In this document: positions 15,533-25,246 of the stretch, in pieces
Layout of the letters: every line of letters begins with the position of its first letter
How positions within the stretch are numbered: the first letter of the stretch is position 1
Sequence record: NC_105514.1
Strand: one strand, 5' to 3'
DNA: 64,000 nucleotides
Source of the DNA: Escherichia phage JLBYU40
Translations under genes and position numbers: made by a program
The notes under the pieces: model-generated
Databases searched by the model: none
Told to the model about the DNA's origin: nothing
Seen by the model: the letters and a program-made list of their open reading frames with translations, nothing else

Positions 15533-16065
15533 TAATAAGTAACCAATTCCTGTACAAATCGCAGGCTGTTATCACTGTTTGCGCCAGTTGCGTAAACTAA
15601 ACGAGTAGATTCATAGTTGTAATCTAGAATCGTATTATCCAGATGTACATCTGCCTCTAGTTTTTGATCACTAAAGATTGTGGATACAAAAGCACTTTCA
15701 ATATGTCCATGAATATACATTTCTAGAAGAAGGTTAGCCCCACCTAGAACTACTGTCTGCTGATCTTTCAGAAATGTAGGTAAAGCATCCCCAATCTTAG
15801 AAATTGGAGTGTAAATATCATGTGTAATATCGTCTGGCAGTGGACGATCAGCACGAATAAATAGGTCAGAAGCTCCAATCATACGTTCTCTAACGGCGTA
15901 TGGAAGAGCTAAATAAGTACCCGCACCAATGATGATGTTATCTGGATTCAACACGTCCAGTTGAGAATAGAAAGCATCTAGTTCTTCTTTGAAGGAACCC
16001 CATGGAAGTTTACCGCGGAGGCCGAACTCCCCATTCGGCCCAACTGCATACATTGCTGTAATCAT
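15532..16065 (-). CDS. frd: dihydrofolate reductase
   Basis: 177 aa; N-terminal AVGPNGEFGLRGKLPW matches DHFR signature; stop/start overlap with thyA. Confidence 0.8.
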   Translation of the reverse strand: MITAMYAVGPNGEFGLRGKLPWGSFKEELDAFYSQLDVLNPDNIIIGAGTYLALPYAVRERMIGASDLFIRADRPLPDDITHDIYTPISKIGDALPTFLKDQQTVVLGGANLLLEMYIHGHIESAFVSTIFSDQKLEADVHLDNTILDYNYESTRLVYATGANSDNSLRFVQELVTY

Positions 16066-17207
16066 AAGAAATCTCCAAATTCATTACCTAGATCTTTCAG
16101 AGTATCAGCAGAGGTCTCAGTTACCTGACCTACACGGTAAGCTGCACCAATCTGGATTTCTTGCGGAGCAGGCTGTAGAGAAGTAGTATCCAACCAGTTC
16201 ATGATCCATGGAATAGGGTTTTTGGTGATTACTGGTAAGTGACTAGGCCATTCTACACCGATGTGCATAAATGCATTACGTCCCACAAAGTACAGATATT
16301 CTTCTAGAAGTTCTGCATTCAAGCCAATCAGACTACGACCTTTGAAAATGAAATGACCCCATTCAATTTCAGTTTTCAGAGTTTTCAGGAGCTGTGCTGG
16401 TGCTTTAGCCACTGCTTCATCTACCAGATCTTTGTCAAACTGCTGAAACATAATCTGGATGATTGCTTTGGACATCTGAGTGTGCAGAGCTTCATCTTTA
16501 GCGATTAATTGCAGATTTTTAGCAATACCTTGCAGAATATCGTTCTCTGCTAATGCAAAGGTACATGCAAAGGATGCGTAAAACTGCATTGCTTCCAGAC
16601 CATAGATAGCAAAGTAAGCGTCTAATAGTTTAGCCTGAGTTTCACGTTTAACTTCAGGGAACTCCGTTTCTGGATATGTATTGTCGCCACGATGATCGCG
16701 TACTGCGATGAAATACTGACCTAACTGGTACAGTTCATCGAATAGTTCAACAGAATCAGCGATGCGTGCGAATGCTTCTTGGTTTTTGGTTACAGAATCA
16801 ATAAATTCTGCTGGGTCAGTCAGCACATTACGAATAATATTGCTATAAGCACGACTATGCAGGTCTTCAAAATAGCTCCACTGTTTGAGCATACCTTCCA
16901 ATTCTGGACGACTTACAAGTGGCATAATAGCTGCTTCAGGGGCACGACTGATAAAGGAATCAGTTTGAGTCTGCCATGCTAGGTTCAGGAGTGTAATTTC
17001 CTGAATTTCCCGTGGGAGGTTAGGCCATTGTTTCTTATCTGCTTCCAGACTGATTTCAGTTTCAGTCCAAAATTGAGAGCGTTGCAGAAGTGCCAGACGT
17101 TCTAGTTCTGGATGTGCTACACGTACATAATCTGCGATACCGAGAGAATCTCCCAGGAAAAGGTCAGCATTAGTATGATCCCAATTCAGGTTTAGTAAAG
17201 TAGTCAT
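16062..17207 (-). CDS. nrdB: ribonucleotide reductase class Ia small subunit
   Basis: 381 aa; ferritin-like di-iron ligand pattern; adjacent to nrdA. Confidence 0.85.
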   Translation of the reverse strand: MTTLLNLNWDHTNADLFLGDSLGIADYVRVAHPELERLALLQRSQFWTETEISLEADKKQWPNLPREIQEITLLNLAWQTQTDSFISRAPEAAIMPLVSRPELEGMLKQWSYFEDLHSRAYSNIIRNVLTDPAEFIDSVTKNQEAFARIADSVELFDELYQLGQYFIAVRDHRGDNTYPETEFPEVKRETQAKLLDAYFAIYGLEAMQFYASFACTFALAENDILQGIAKNLQLIAKDEALHTQMSKAIIQIMFQQFDKDLVDEAVAKAPAQLLKTLKTEIEWGHFIFKGRSLIGLNAELLEEYLYFVGRNAFMHIGVEWPSHLPVITKNPIPWIMNWLDTTSLQPAPQEIQIGAAYRVGQVTETSADTLKDLGNEFGDFL

Positions 17208-17238
17208 TGATTTTCCTCTTTCTCACTATTTCAGGAAT

Positions 17239-17268
17239 ATTATAGCAAATCTGGTAGCGATTAGCAAG
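17239..17268 (-). promoter_or_regulatory. sigma70-type promoter upstream of nrdB
   Basis: Plus-strand attata about 17239-17244 and tagcaa 17263-17268, 18-bp spacer. Confidence 0.5.
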
Positions 17269-17276
17269 TAAAATTT

Positions 17277-17306
17277 CAAAGAAAAAGGAGACCCGAAGAT
17301 CTCCTT
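17277..17306 (-). terminator. hairpin terminator after nrdA
   Basis: AGGAGA...TCTCCT stem with U-rich flanks. Confidence 0.45.
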
Positions 17307-17313
17307 ATTTTTA

Positions 17314-19644
17314 TTAAATAGTACAACCGCCTGATGCACAACCGGCTGCTTCTTCTCCTGCACCACCACCATTAGCGGTGTTGAAGTTTGCGTAGTAGAA
17401 AGTCTTCCACCCATACTTAACAGCAGTCATGAAATCACGAACTACTACTGGACCAGGAATGATTTCATTCTCAAACTTGGTGTAGTCATAGTACATATTC
17501 GTACTGATAGACTGACTGAAGAATTTCTGCATAGTTGCTACCCATTTGATCCACTCGATACGATCTACATCATAAGCCAGTTTATAGCTCATTAACGTTT
17601 CCCAATCGGTTGCACCCGGAGCAATTGCAATTACTTTATTCACTGCACTACCCTTGATAGATACAATCTTACGAGGCGGTTCAATAGAGTTAGTAACACC
17701 TAACAGAACAGAAGAACTTTCTCCCGGCATCTGAGCAGTCAGAACAGAGTTACGCATACCATATTTCAGAATATCTGCACGTAGAGACTCCCAATCCATT
17801 TCTAGACCTACGGATACCAGTTCATCAACAGTTTTCTTGTACGTGTCGATTACCAGAATTCCTTTAGATGGTTTAGTACGATCAAACCACTCACATGCAC
17901 CCTGTTCTTTAGCTAGGCGTACAGAGGCTTTATGTAGGAAGTAGGACAGTTTTTCAGCCTCACGGTGAATCCAGTTACGGGCTTCAATACCTTCGTAAGC
18001 CAGACCTTCTGCTGCCATTGCACCTGCTGCGTTCATTAGGCCAATACCAACATTACGACGTTTCTTAGCCGTATATTCCATAGTTGGGAACGGATAATCC
18101 TGAATTTCGATAATTGTATCAACGAATTTCAGAAGGATGTAGCAAGTTTTTTCCCACTCAGCTAGAGATTCCATGCGTCCAAGTACAACACCACCTAAGT
18201 TACACAGAGATACTTCACCAATATCCTCCGGCTTCATTTGATCAAGCTGCTCTTTTGTCTTATACAGCTCTGTAATGTGATGGAATGGGCGTGTAGGCTG
18301 AGTAATCTCAACACAAAGGTTTGTCATACGGATCGGATCAAGGAAATTACCGTGACGATTAGATTCCCCGATGTGATGAGCATACATACGTCCTGTTTCC
18401 ATTCGGATACGTAGCCAAGTATCTAGGATTTCTTTTGCAGAGACTTTAGGAGCTGCAGGAACTGTTTTTCCTTCGTGGTCGATCTTTGTAAGAGATGCCA
18501 CACGTTTCTCCGCTGCCACGTAGATTTCTTCAAATTTAGCCTCGTCATCACTATAAAACGCTTCATGAACTTCTGGAGCATAGAAGTATGACATTAGCGT
18601 AATATCTTCATTTTTCAGATAACGTTTTAACAAAAGATTGTTGAAGCTCAGAGAATAATCCATCTTATCGATTTTATTCTCATCTGTAGCACGTTGTTGC
18701 TTAACCTGCATTAATTGAATGATTTCAGGGTCGAAGTATGGATAAGACACTGTAGCAGAACCACCACGAGTTTGCTGAGTATTGGCCTTTACTGAGCGGT
18801 CAATGTGTCGATAATATGGCAGTTTTCCGGAATGCGGGAATGCCCCATTTCGCACCGGATCAGCAATTGATCGGCTTTCAAGATGATACCCGATTCCCGC
18901 TCTGGCTGCGACCATTTTGAAGACGATGTGCTCGGCGGTGTCGATTGAATCCAACGTGTCAGTGGAATCCACGAGGCAGCAACTAGCAAATCCACGGTCA
19001 CTAGAGCGCAGACCAACCAGTGGCGGCGTAGGAACGTTGATTTTGTGGAGCGACATTGCGTTGTAGAGGTCGATTGCATCTAGAATTGTCCAGTTAGGTT
19101 GAGATAACATCGCCATTGCCATACCCATGTAGGCAAACTGCGGGGTTTCGTAAATTTCACCAGTGGCTATGTTACGACGGGAATACTTATCAAAGAACTG
19201 CTTCAGCCCACCACTAGTAAAAAGACGGTCACGATCATGGTCGATAACCTGATTCAGAGCTTCAAATTGCTCATCGGTAATCCATGCACTCATGTCTTCC
19301 CATGCACCTACGCTAACCATGTGGTCATGGAAGAAGCGTAGAGAAGGTGGTTCGAAAGAGTCATAAAGGCGTTTACGCATTTGCGCAAGACGTAATTCCT
19401 TTGCTGGCACATCGTATGCTGGGTTATCTTTGATAAGACTTTCAGCAGCTTTAATTAATGCGTCCATCAGAGTGTCGGAATCTACAACCCCTTTAGGTAG
19501 AGTTTTTTGAGCAGCCATAGTAATGGCTGACCAGCTTACATCAACTGTTTTGCAACCATACTCTGCCCAACCATTGAGTTTTTCAGGAGCAAAGTCTTCT
19601 ACAGTACCGTCACGTTTAATTACTTTTTCAATGCGATGGCTCAT
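17314..19644 (-). CDS. nrdA: ribonucleotide reductase class Ia large subunit
   Basis: ATP-cone start MSHRIEKVIKRDGTVEDF after SD AAAGGAAAG; radical/cysteine motifs, C-terminal CxxC tail; the longer tracked ORF would include a promoter. Confidence 0.9.
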   Translation of the reverse strand: MSHRIEKVIKRDGTVEDFAPEKLNGWAEYGCKTVDVSWSAITMAAQKTLPKGVVDSDTLMDALIKAAESLIKDNPAYDVPAKELRLAQMRKRLYDSFEPPSLRFFHDHMVSVGAWEDMSAWITDEQFEALNQVIDHDRDRLFTSGGLKQFFDKYSRRNIATGEIYETPQFAYMGMAMAMLSQPNWTILDAIDLYNAMSLHKINVPTPPLVGLRSSDRGFASCCLVDSTDTLDSIDTAEHIVFKMVAARAGIGYHLESRSIADPVRNGAFPHSGKLPYYRHIDRSVKANTQQTRGGSATVSYPYFDPEIIQLMQVKQQRATDENKIDKMDYSLSFNNLLLKRYLKNEDITLMSYFYAPEVHEAFYSDDEAKFEEIYVAAEKRVASLTKIDHEGKTVPAAPKVSAKEILDTWLRIRMETGRMYAHHIGESNRHGNFLDPIRMTNLCVEITQPTRPFHHITELYKTKEQLDQMKPEDIGEVSLCNLGGVVLGRMESLAEWEKTCYILLKFVDTIIEIQDYPFPTMEYTAKKRRNVGIGLMNAAGAMAAEGLAYEGIEARNWIHREAEKLSYFLHKASVRLAKEQGACEWFDRTKPSKGILVIDTYKKTVDELVSVGLEMDWESLRADILKYGMRNSVLTAQMPGESSSVLLGVTNSIEPPRKIVSIKGSAVNKVIAIAPGATDWETLMSYKLAYDVDRIEWIKWVATMQKFFSQSISTNMYYDYTKFENEIIPGPVVVRDFMTAVKYGWKTFYYANFNTANGGGAGEEAAGCASGGCTI

Positions 19645-19682
19645 TTGGCTTTCCTTTTTATAGTTATCAGGATTTAAGGAAT

Positions 19683-19711
19683 ATTCTACTTTATTATCGG
19701 TCATTAGGCAA
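19683..19711 (-). promoter_or_regulatory. sigma70-type promoter upstream of nrdA (-35 TTGCCT, 17 bp, -10 TAGAAT)
   Basis: Plus-strand attcta 19683-19688 and aggcaa 19706-19711. Confidence 0.45.
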
Positions 19712-19786
19712 ATAAAATTTTCTGATAGAAAAGGCCCGAGTATTTTCATACCCAGGCCCTGTATATTACCAGTCTAGCTTTTTAGC

Positions 19787-20008
19787 TTATTCAATTACTT
19801 TAGCTCTAGCTACTTCTTTTAATAGAATATCTATGGAGGTGCTCAGCTCGTTATAATTGAATGGTTTATTTGGATTTGAGGTTACAATTTTCCACGCTAG
19901 GGTTGTCTTAGGACTTTCTTCCCCTTCCTTACGTGTAATCATATTAGCAGCACTCAGTGAAGTACGATGTATTTTAGTTTTACGGCTCAGATGAACGACG
20001 TTTCCCAT
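19787..20008 (-). CDS. hypothetical protein (about 73 aa)
   Basis: Start moved to MGNVVHL after SD GGAAGGTG. Confidence 0.4.
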   Translation of the reverse strand: MGNVVHLSRKTKIHRTSLSAANMITRKEGEESPKTTLAWKIVTSNPNKPFNYNELSTSIDILLKEVARAKVIE

Positions 20009-20009
20009 A

Positions 20010-20771
20010 TTACACCTTCCCCATGTCTTTAAAAATATCATAGAATGCTTTAGACTCAACAGAACGAACGTTATCAATCAATTCGATCATTGAGAAGGGG
20101 GCATTTTCGTATTTCTCATAGACTTCCATAAGGAGTGCTAGACCTGAGTCGCCTTTAATGTCTTTCTGGGCTATATCTCCGCAGATAATTAAACGGCAGT
20201 CTTGTCCTACACGAGTTAGGAGACAAATCATTGCCTCAACGGAAATATTCTGAGCTTCATCGACAATTACATAGGAGTTGTTGAAAGTTCTGCCACGAGC
20301 ATGTTCGATAGCCAAAAATTTAATTTTCTGACGTTCGACATACCCTTTATATGCATGATCGCCAATGGCCCATTTCATACCATCAGCTATTGGCTCCAAC
20401 CAAGGCTCTAGCTTTTCCGCTAGATCACCAGGAAGCATACCAAGAGACTTACCTAGAGGTTCATTAGGACGTACGAGAATCACTTGCTCAATATCTGAGT
20501 GAATGTCTACTAGTTCCTGAGCTGCAAGAACGGACGGAATAAAGGTTTTACCAGTACCTGGCTCACCGATACCCACAGTCACTGTGTTGTTCTTGATCAT
20601 ATTGATATATGATTTTTGCTCGCGGTTTTTACCTACTAGGGATTTAGCAACTGGGTTAGCGTAATCATTAGAAAAATCAGCCTGAATTACGTTATTCTCA
20701 TATTTGTTGCCACGCTTTCTTGAACCATTGCGGTTCTCTCTTTTTTGACGTGCTTTTCCCATAAATAACAC
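20010..20771 (-). CDS. phoH: PhoH-like ATPase
   Basis: Walker A GIGEPGTGKTF and Walker B ...SYVIVDEAQN. Confidence 0.8.
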   Translation of the reverse strand: MLFMGKARQKRENRNGSRKRGNKYENNVIQADFSNDYANPVAKSLVGKNREQKSYINMIKNNTVTVGIGEPGTGKTFIPSVLAAQELVDIHSDIEQVILVRPNEPLGKSLGMLPGDLAEKLEPWLEPIADGMKWAIGDHAYKGYVERQKIKFLAIEHARGRTFNNSYVIVDEAQNISVEAMICLLTRVGQDCRLIICGDIAQKDIKGDSGLALLMEVYEKYENAPFSMIELIDNVRSVESKAFYDIFKDMGKV

Positions 20772-20835
20772 TCCTATAGTGTACTTCGCTAACAGAGGAT
20801 CAACAAAAAGATCTTGTTTATCAACTTACAAATAT

Positions 20836-20864
20836 ATTATACCAATATATACAGTAAAAAGCAA
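20836..20864 (-). promoter_or_regulatory. sigma70-type promoter (-35 TTGCTT, 17 bp, -10 TATAAT)
   Basis: Plus-strand attata 20836-20841, aagcaa 20859-20864. Confidence 0.55.
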
Positions 20865-21056
20865 CTACAATTTTAAATAAGCCTATGATATTGCATTTAA
20901 ATAAAAAATTTGCTTGCTTTTAACGTGAGATGTGTGATACTAGATAATCATTTTATATCGCGTGCACGAGTGCGTGATTATACAATTTTTAATAGAGATT
21001 GGCAAATAAAATTTTTTGACTCAGATCATGTTATAGAACTTTATAGTAAAATATTG

Positions 21057-21085
21057 TTGACATCCGCCCTCGAATGAGTTATAAT
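21057..21085 (+). promoter_or_regulatory. sigma70 consensus promoter upstream of nrdD (-35 TTGACA, 17 bp, -10 TATAAT)
   Basis: ttgaca 21057-21062 and tataat 21080-21085. Confidence 0.65.
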
Positions 21086-21114
21086 AGTAGTCTTAGTTAG
21101 AGAAGGAGGGTGTA

Positions 21115-22989
21115 ATGAATCGTAATGAAGAACTAAAATATAAAGAAATGCAGGCGTTAATTAGAAACTGCAAAGAGATTATCGAAGGGTCAGCAGATGA
21201 AGAGCTGCTGTTTAATAATGCTAATAAACCCTCAGAACGTTTCCCTACACAAAGGGATATGCTTGCAGGTGAATTGAGTAAGTATCTAATTCTAGAAGAA
21301 ATGCCAATTCAGATTCGAAATGCTCATATGATTGGGGATATTCATTTCCATGATGCTGATTATGCTGCATTAGGCATGACTAACTGTTGCCTGGTAGCTC
21401 TGGAAGATATGTTGAAGAATGGTATGAAGGTTGGTAATGCTGAAATTAGCACTCCAAACTCTATCACTACTGCGGCGGCTATTACTGCTCAGATTATCAC
21501 TCAGGTTAGCTCCCATCAGTATGGTGGTACTTCTGTAGATCGCCTTGATGAAGTATTAGCCCCTTATGTTCGTAAATCCTATGACAAAAATCATGCGTTT
21601 GCAAAACGCTGGACTAAGGATGAGGCCAAAGCATCCGTAATGGCTACGGAGATGACTGAAAAAGAAGTCTATGATGCTTGTCAGGGTCTAGAGTATGAGA
21701 TCAATACGATGTTCAACTCTAATGGTCAGAGTCCATTTATTACCTTTGGTTTTGGTCTAGGAACTTCTTGGGAAGCTCGTCTAGTACAGAAAGCAATACT
21801 GAAAGTACGTATGGATGGTTTAGGTATCAATAAACGTACAGCTATCTTCCCGAAACTGGTATTTGTACTTCGTGATGGAGTAAATATGAAACCAGGAGAT
21901 GTTAATTATGACATCAAGAAGTTAGCTATGAAATGTACTGCTGAACGTATGTATCCAGATTATATCAGCTATGACAAAGTTGTAGAAGTTACTGGAGACT
22001 ACAAAGTTTCTATGGGCTGCCGTTCATTCCTAGCTGCTACAGAAGATGGTGAAACTGCAGGTCGTAATAACTTAGGTGTTGTTTCTGTAAACTTGCCTAG
22101 AATTGCTATCGAAGCTGAAGGAAATATTGACCTATTCTTTGATTTGCTTGAGCTACGTGTAGATACAGCATTAAAAGCGTTGGAGTGGAGAGTTGATCGC
22201 TTAAAATACATTCAAGCTAAAGCTGCACCCATCCTCTATATGTCAGGAGCCTTTGGGTTACGCTTAGGGCCTGATGAATATGTATTTGATCATTTCTATA
22301 ACCGTGCTTCTGTATCTCTAGGGTATATTGGTTGCCATGAAATGCTACAGTTCATGTTTGGCAAAGATGTAGACACAATGTCCGAGACCTGCATTAAGTT
22401 TGTTCAGCGTGTATTGCAGTACATGCGAGATAGAGTCGATCAGAAGAAGGAAGAAACTAAGTTAGGTTATAGCCTGTATGCTACACCATCAGAATCCCTA
22501 TGTGATCGTTTTTGTCGTCTAGACCGTGAATATTTCCCGGAGCATGAAGATATTCTGTCTAAAGGATACTACACTAACTCGCACCACCTTGATGTAGAAC
22601 GCAAAGTTGCTCCCAATGTGAAATTTGATTATGAATCTAATTTTACTCCGATTGCTTCTGGTGGGTGCATTTCCTATGTAGAACTACCAGATATGAAACG
22701 ATTCCCAGATGCACTGGAATGGGTTATTAATTATGCTGCTAGTAAAGTTCATTACTTCGGTATTAATACTCCAGTGGATTCTTGTGGTAAATGTGGATTC
22801 TTAGGTGAAACAATAGCATCCGAAGATGGATTTAAGTGCCCTATCTGTGGTAATCATGACCCCGAAACTCTTGAAGTAACTCGTCGAGTTTGTGGGTATC
22901 TTGGAAATCCAGGTGCTCGTCCATTTAACCCGGGCAAACAGCACGAGGTTATGGGCAGAGTGAAACATCAGGATATTCGAGCTAAATAA
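21115..22989 (+). CDS. nrdD: anaerobic ribonucleoside-triphosphate reductase (class III, glycyl radical)
   Basis: 624 aa; C-terminal Zn-ribbon CPICG and glycyl-radical motif RVCGYLG. Confidence 0.9.
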   Translation: MNRNEELKYKEMQALIRNCKEIIEGSADEELLFNNANKPSERFPTQRDMLAGELSKYLILEEMPIQIRNAHMIGDIHFHDADYAALGMTNCCLVALEDMLKNGMKVGNAEISTPNSITTAAAITAQIITQVSSHQYGGTSVDRLDEVLAPYVRKSYDKNHAFAKRWTKDEAKASVMATEMTEKEVYDACQGLEYEINTMFNSNGQSPFITFGFGLGTSWEARLVQKAILKVRMDGLGINKRTAIFPKLVFVLRDGVNMKPGDVNYDIKKLAMKCTAERMYPDYISYDKVVEVTGDYKVSMGCRSFLAATEDGETAGRNNLGVVSVNLPRIAIEAEGNIDLFFDLLELRVDTALKALEWRVDRLKYIQAKAAPILYMSGAFGLRLGPDEYVFDHFYNRASVSLGYIGCHEMLQFMFGKDVDTMSETCIKFVQRVLQYMRDRVDQKKEETKLGYSLYATPSESLCDRFCRLDREYFPEHEDILSKGYYTNSHHLDVERKVAPNVKFDYESNFTPIASGGCISYVELPDMKRFPDALEWVINYAASKVHYFGINTPVDSCGKCGFLGETIASEDGFKCPICGNHDPETLEVTRRVCGYLGNPGARPFNPGKQHEVMGRVKHQDIRAK

Positions 22990-23031
22990 GCTAATCAGCT
23001 GGGTTGCTAGTCGACCTGGCTTTTATTTTAT

Positions 23032-23060
23032 TTGCTTTCAGCCAAAAATTTATATATAAT
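23032..23060 (+). promoter_or_regulatory. sigma70-type promoter (-35 TTGCTT, 17 bp, -10 TATAAT)
   Basis: ttgctt 23032-23037, tataat 23055-23060; AT-rich upstream. Confidence 0.6.
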
Positions 23061-23088
23061 AGATTTATAAATTTGAGAGGAGAAAGCT

Positions 23089-23370
23089 ATGAGCGAGTTG
23101 CTTCCTAAAGTAGATGTCTCCCATCTTGGAGAGCCTAGTGAAGAACGTAAGGCTCTAGATTGGTTGGGTGGATTTGATTATCGTCGTGTTGTTGCAACAT
23201 GGAATGATAAGAAAGTTAAGAAGTTTCGGGTACATTATGTAGGTAAAGACAAGTGGCTCTGGATTGATTATGAAGAATCAAAGGGGTCTACTAAGGCTGT
23301 GAAAATTTATTGTATGTATGGGTATTATTATGCTCACTGTGATAAGAATGAATTTACAGTACAGAACTAA
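23089..23370 (+). CDS. hypothetical protein (93 aa)
   Basis: ORF track; SD GAGAGGAG upstream. Confidence 0.5.
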   Translation: MSELLPKVDVSHLGEPSEERKALDWLGGFDYRRVVATWNDKKVKKFRVHYVGKDKWLWIDYEESKGSTKAVKIYCMYGYYYAHCDKNEFTVQN

Positions 23371-23379
23371 GGAACAAGA

Positions 23380-23583
23380 ATGAAAAACGTAAAACATCTT
23401 AAATATCGCTTAATTTACAACGGACGTATGGAAACAGAAGATCTGGCCCAATTAGCTATTAATTCTAATGAGGTTACGGTGCGTGCTCTGGCAATTGAAA
23501 AGTTGCGTGCCTCTTATGAAAATCGTGTTATGGAACTGGAGGAGAAACTTTATGGACTTCTTGAATCAGAATCTAAAAAGTAA
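23380..23583 (+). CDS. hypothetical protein (67 aa)
   Basis: ORF track. Confidence 0.4.
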   Translation: MKNVKHLKYRLIYNGRMETEDLAQLAINSNEVTVRALAIEKLRASYENRVMELEEKLYGLLESESKK

Positions 23584-23746
23584 TCCAGAAAACATGCTTA
23601 TTGAGCAATGGAACTTTGGTTATAATGCTGGTGTAGCTACTTGTATTGCTAGATTGGATACGCTTATTAAGCAAGAAAAGGTACGCCCTGAGGAAGCAAT
23701 TTTACTCCAAAATATTATCGAAGGATTTAAGCAAGGAATCGTATAG
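23552..23746 (+). CDS. hypothetical protein (about 64 aa)
   Basis: Start at MDFLNQ after SD GGAGGAG; overlaps next gene start. Confidence 0.4.
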   Translation: MDFLNQNLKSNPENMLIEQWNFGYNAGVATCIARLDTLIKQEKVRPEEAILLQNIIEGFKQGIV

Positions 23747-24582
23747 TGCGTAGATTAGTTATTATTAGCGGTGCAGGTTTGAGTGTTGAAAGTGGTGTAC
23801 GAGCTTTTCGTACTGATACTGCTAGTGGTAAAGCATTGTGGGATGATTATGATCTAGAAGAAGTATGTAATATTCATGCCTTTCGTGGTAATTTTTATCA
23901 TAAAACCCATATGTTTTACAACAAACGTCGTGAAGAGCTAAAAACTGTTGAACCCAATCTTGCACATTTGCGTATTGGTGAATGGTATAAACAATATCCA
24001 GGTCAAGTAGTAAACTTGACTACCAACGTTGATGACCTTATTGAGCGTGCTGGCGTTCCACATAGTGACATTCTGCACATTCACGGATATTTAAAAGAGG
24101 TTGTTGTAGCTGATAGCTACAATAGTAGCAATAAACGGATTATTGATGTAGGGTATAATTCTATTGATCCAGATGATTATAAATGGGTTAAACCTAATGT
24201 AATCTTCTTTGGAGAACATGCTCCTGCATACGCAGAAATGTATAATGTTTTTGATGGTATTACCAGTCAAGATATGATCATTGTGGTTGGTTGCTCTAAT
24301 CAAGTAATTAACTTCTACTGGGAATTATTTCCTGTTCTTAATTTGACTGCTGCCAAACTAATGGTAGTTAACTACTATGATAGTGCCATAGCAGCAGAGC
24401 CAGGCTATCAAGGTATGACTCGTAGTGAGATGTACCAACTGGAAGATCGTGGTATTCCTTACTGGAGTAAAGGTGCAGTAGATGCTTTTAGTGACCCTGA
24501 TTTTATTGCTCGTGTGGAAGCCCATTTAGAGGGTAGACCTTATGTGCCGGAGAGAAGGGGAAACAGATATGTCCATAGTTAA
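23746..24582 (+). CDS. Sir2-family (sirtuin-like) NAD-dependent protein
   Basis: N-terminal ISGAGLSVESGVRAFR matches sirtuin NAD-binding motif GAGIS..SGIP.FR. Confidence 0.55.
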   Translation: MRRLVIISGAGLSVESGVRAFRTDTASGKALWDDYDLEEVCNIHAFRGNFYHKTHMFYNKRREELKTVEPNLAHLRIGEWYKQYPGQVVNLTTNVDDLIERAGVPHSDILHIHGYLKEVVVADSYNSSNKRIIDVGYNSIDPDDYKWVKPNVIFFGEHAPAYAEMYNVFDGITSQDMIIVVGCSNQVINFYWELFPVLNLTAAKLMVVNYYDSAIAAEPGYQGMTRSEMYQLEDRGIPYWSKGAVDAFSDPDFIARVEAHLEGRPYVPERRGNRYVHS

Positions 24583-24751
24583 ATCTGTTTATACACATCC
24601 CGATGATATATTTGTATGGGCGGACGGTAGTTGGTGCTATCGCTGTGAGCTGTGGGAAATGGACTATAAATCCGATGACTATGGTGTCATATATGTTGAT
24701 ACGGCTGAGTATGATACGTTCTTAGAAAGGAACAAAAATGGAAATAAGTAA
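24569..24751 (+). CDS. hypothetical protein (about 60 aa)
   Basis: Start at MSIVKSVY after SD; overlapping ORF-track entry trimmed. Confidence 0.35.
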   Translation: MSIVKSVYTHPDDIFVWADGSWCYRCELWEMDYKSDDYGVIYVDTAEYDTFLERNKNGNK

Positions 24752-25244
24752 TACTCCAATTATTTTTCTAGATATTGATGGGGTGCTCAATTCGAGCATC
24801 TCCCACCATCATGCGCCTGATCATGAAAAGATTTTCTTTGGAAGTGACTGGGTTTTCAAACCGCTTCTCAAGGCTTTTCAGGACTTTATTCGTCCTTCTC
24901 CGATAATGATTGTTGGAGTATCCTCATGGTTCCCTGTCAGGAATGAGATGGAGAACGTTCAGATTATGACCGGATTAGGTCTTATCGATCGTTTTCTTGG
25001 TACAACGGATTTTACTGGTGGTGGGCTATCTAGGGGTAATTCTGTTCTTCGCTTCGTTGAAAAGCATAAGCTCAAACATTGGTGTGTGCTGGATGATGCT
25101 GGTGCTATGATGTACCAGTATCCAACGGTTATAGTCAACGGTAGAACTGGAATAAATCTTCAAGATTTAAGAGCTGTTAGCTATATGCTAGAATTTAGCC
25201 CAGATCTTGAAATGTGTAAATCCTTACAACAATTTAAGGTGTAA
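24738..25244 (+). CDS. HAD-superfamily-like hydrolase (putative)
   Basis: N-terminal IIFLDIDGVLN resembles HAD motif I (DxDGV). Confidence 0.4.
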   Translation: MEISNTPIIFLDIDGVLNSSISHHHAPDHEKIFFGSDWVFKPLLKAFQDFIRPSPIMIVGVSSWFPVRNEMENVQIMTGLGLIDRFLGTTDFTGGGLSRGNSVLRFVEKHKLKHWCVLDDAGAMMYQYPTVIVNGRTGINLQDLRAVSYMLEFSPDLEMCKSLQQFKV

Positions 25245-25246
25245 AT

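Noticed and set aside
17226-17414. 62-aa minus-strand ORF overlapping the nrdA stop region and promoter
   Set aside because: Spans the nrdA terminator hairpin and nrdB promoter; no RBS
19645-19749. Longer N-terminus of nrdA (track start at 19749)
   Set aside because: Extension would contain a promoter and lacks an RBS; the ATP-cone start MSHRIEK at 19644 has a strong SD
22990-23030. Terminator after nrdD
   Set aside because: Only a T-rich run and weak partial pairing around a GTCGAC palindrome; could not build a convincing stem
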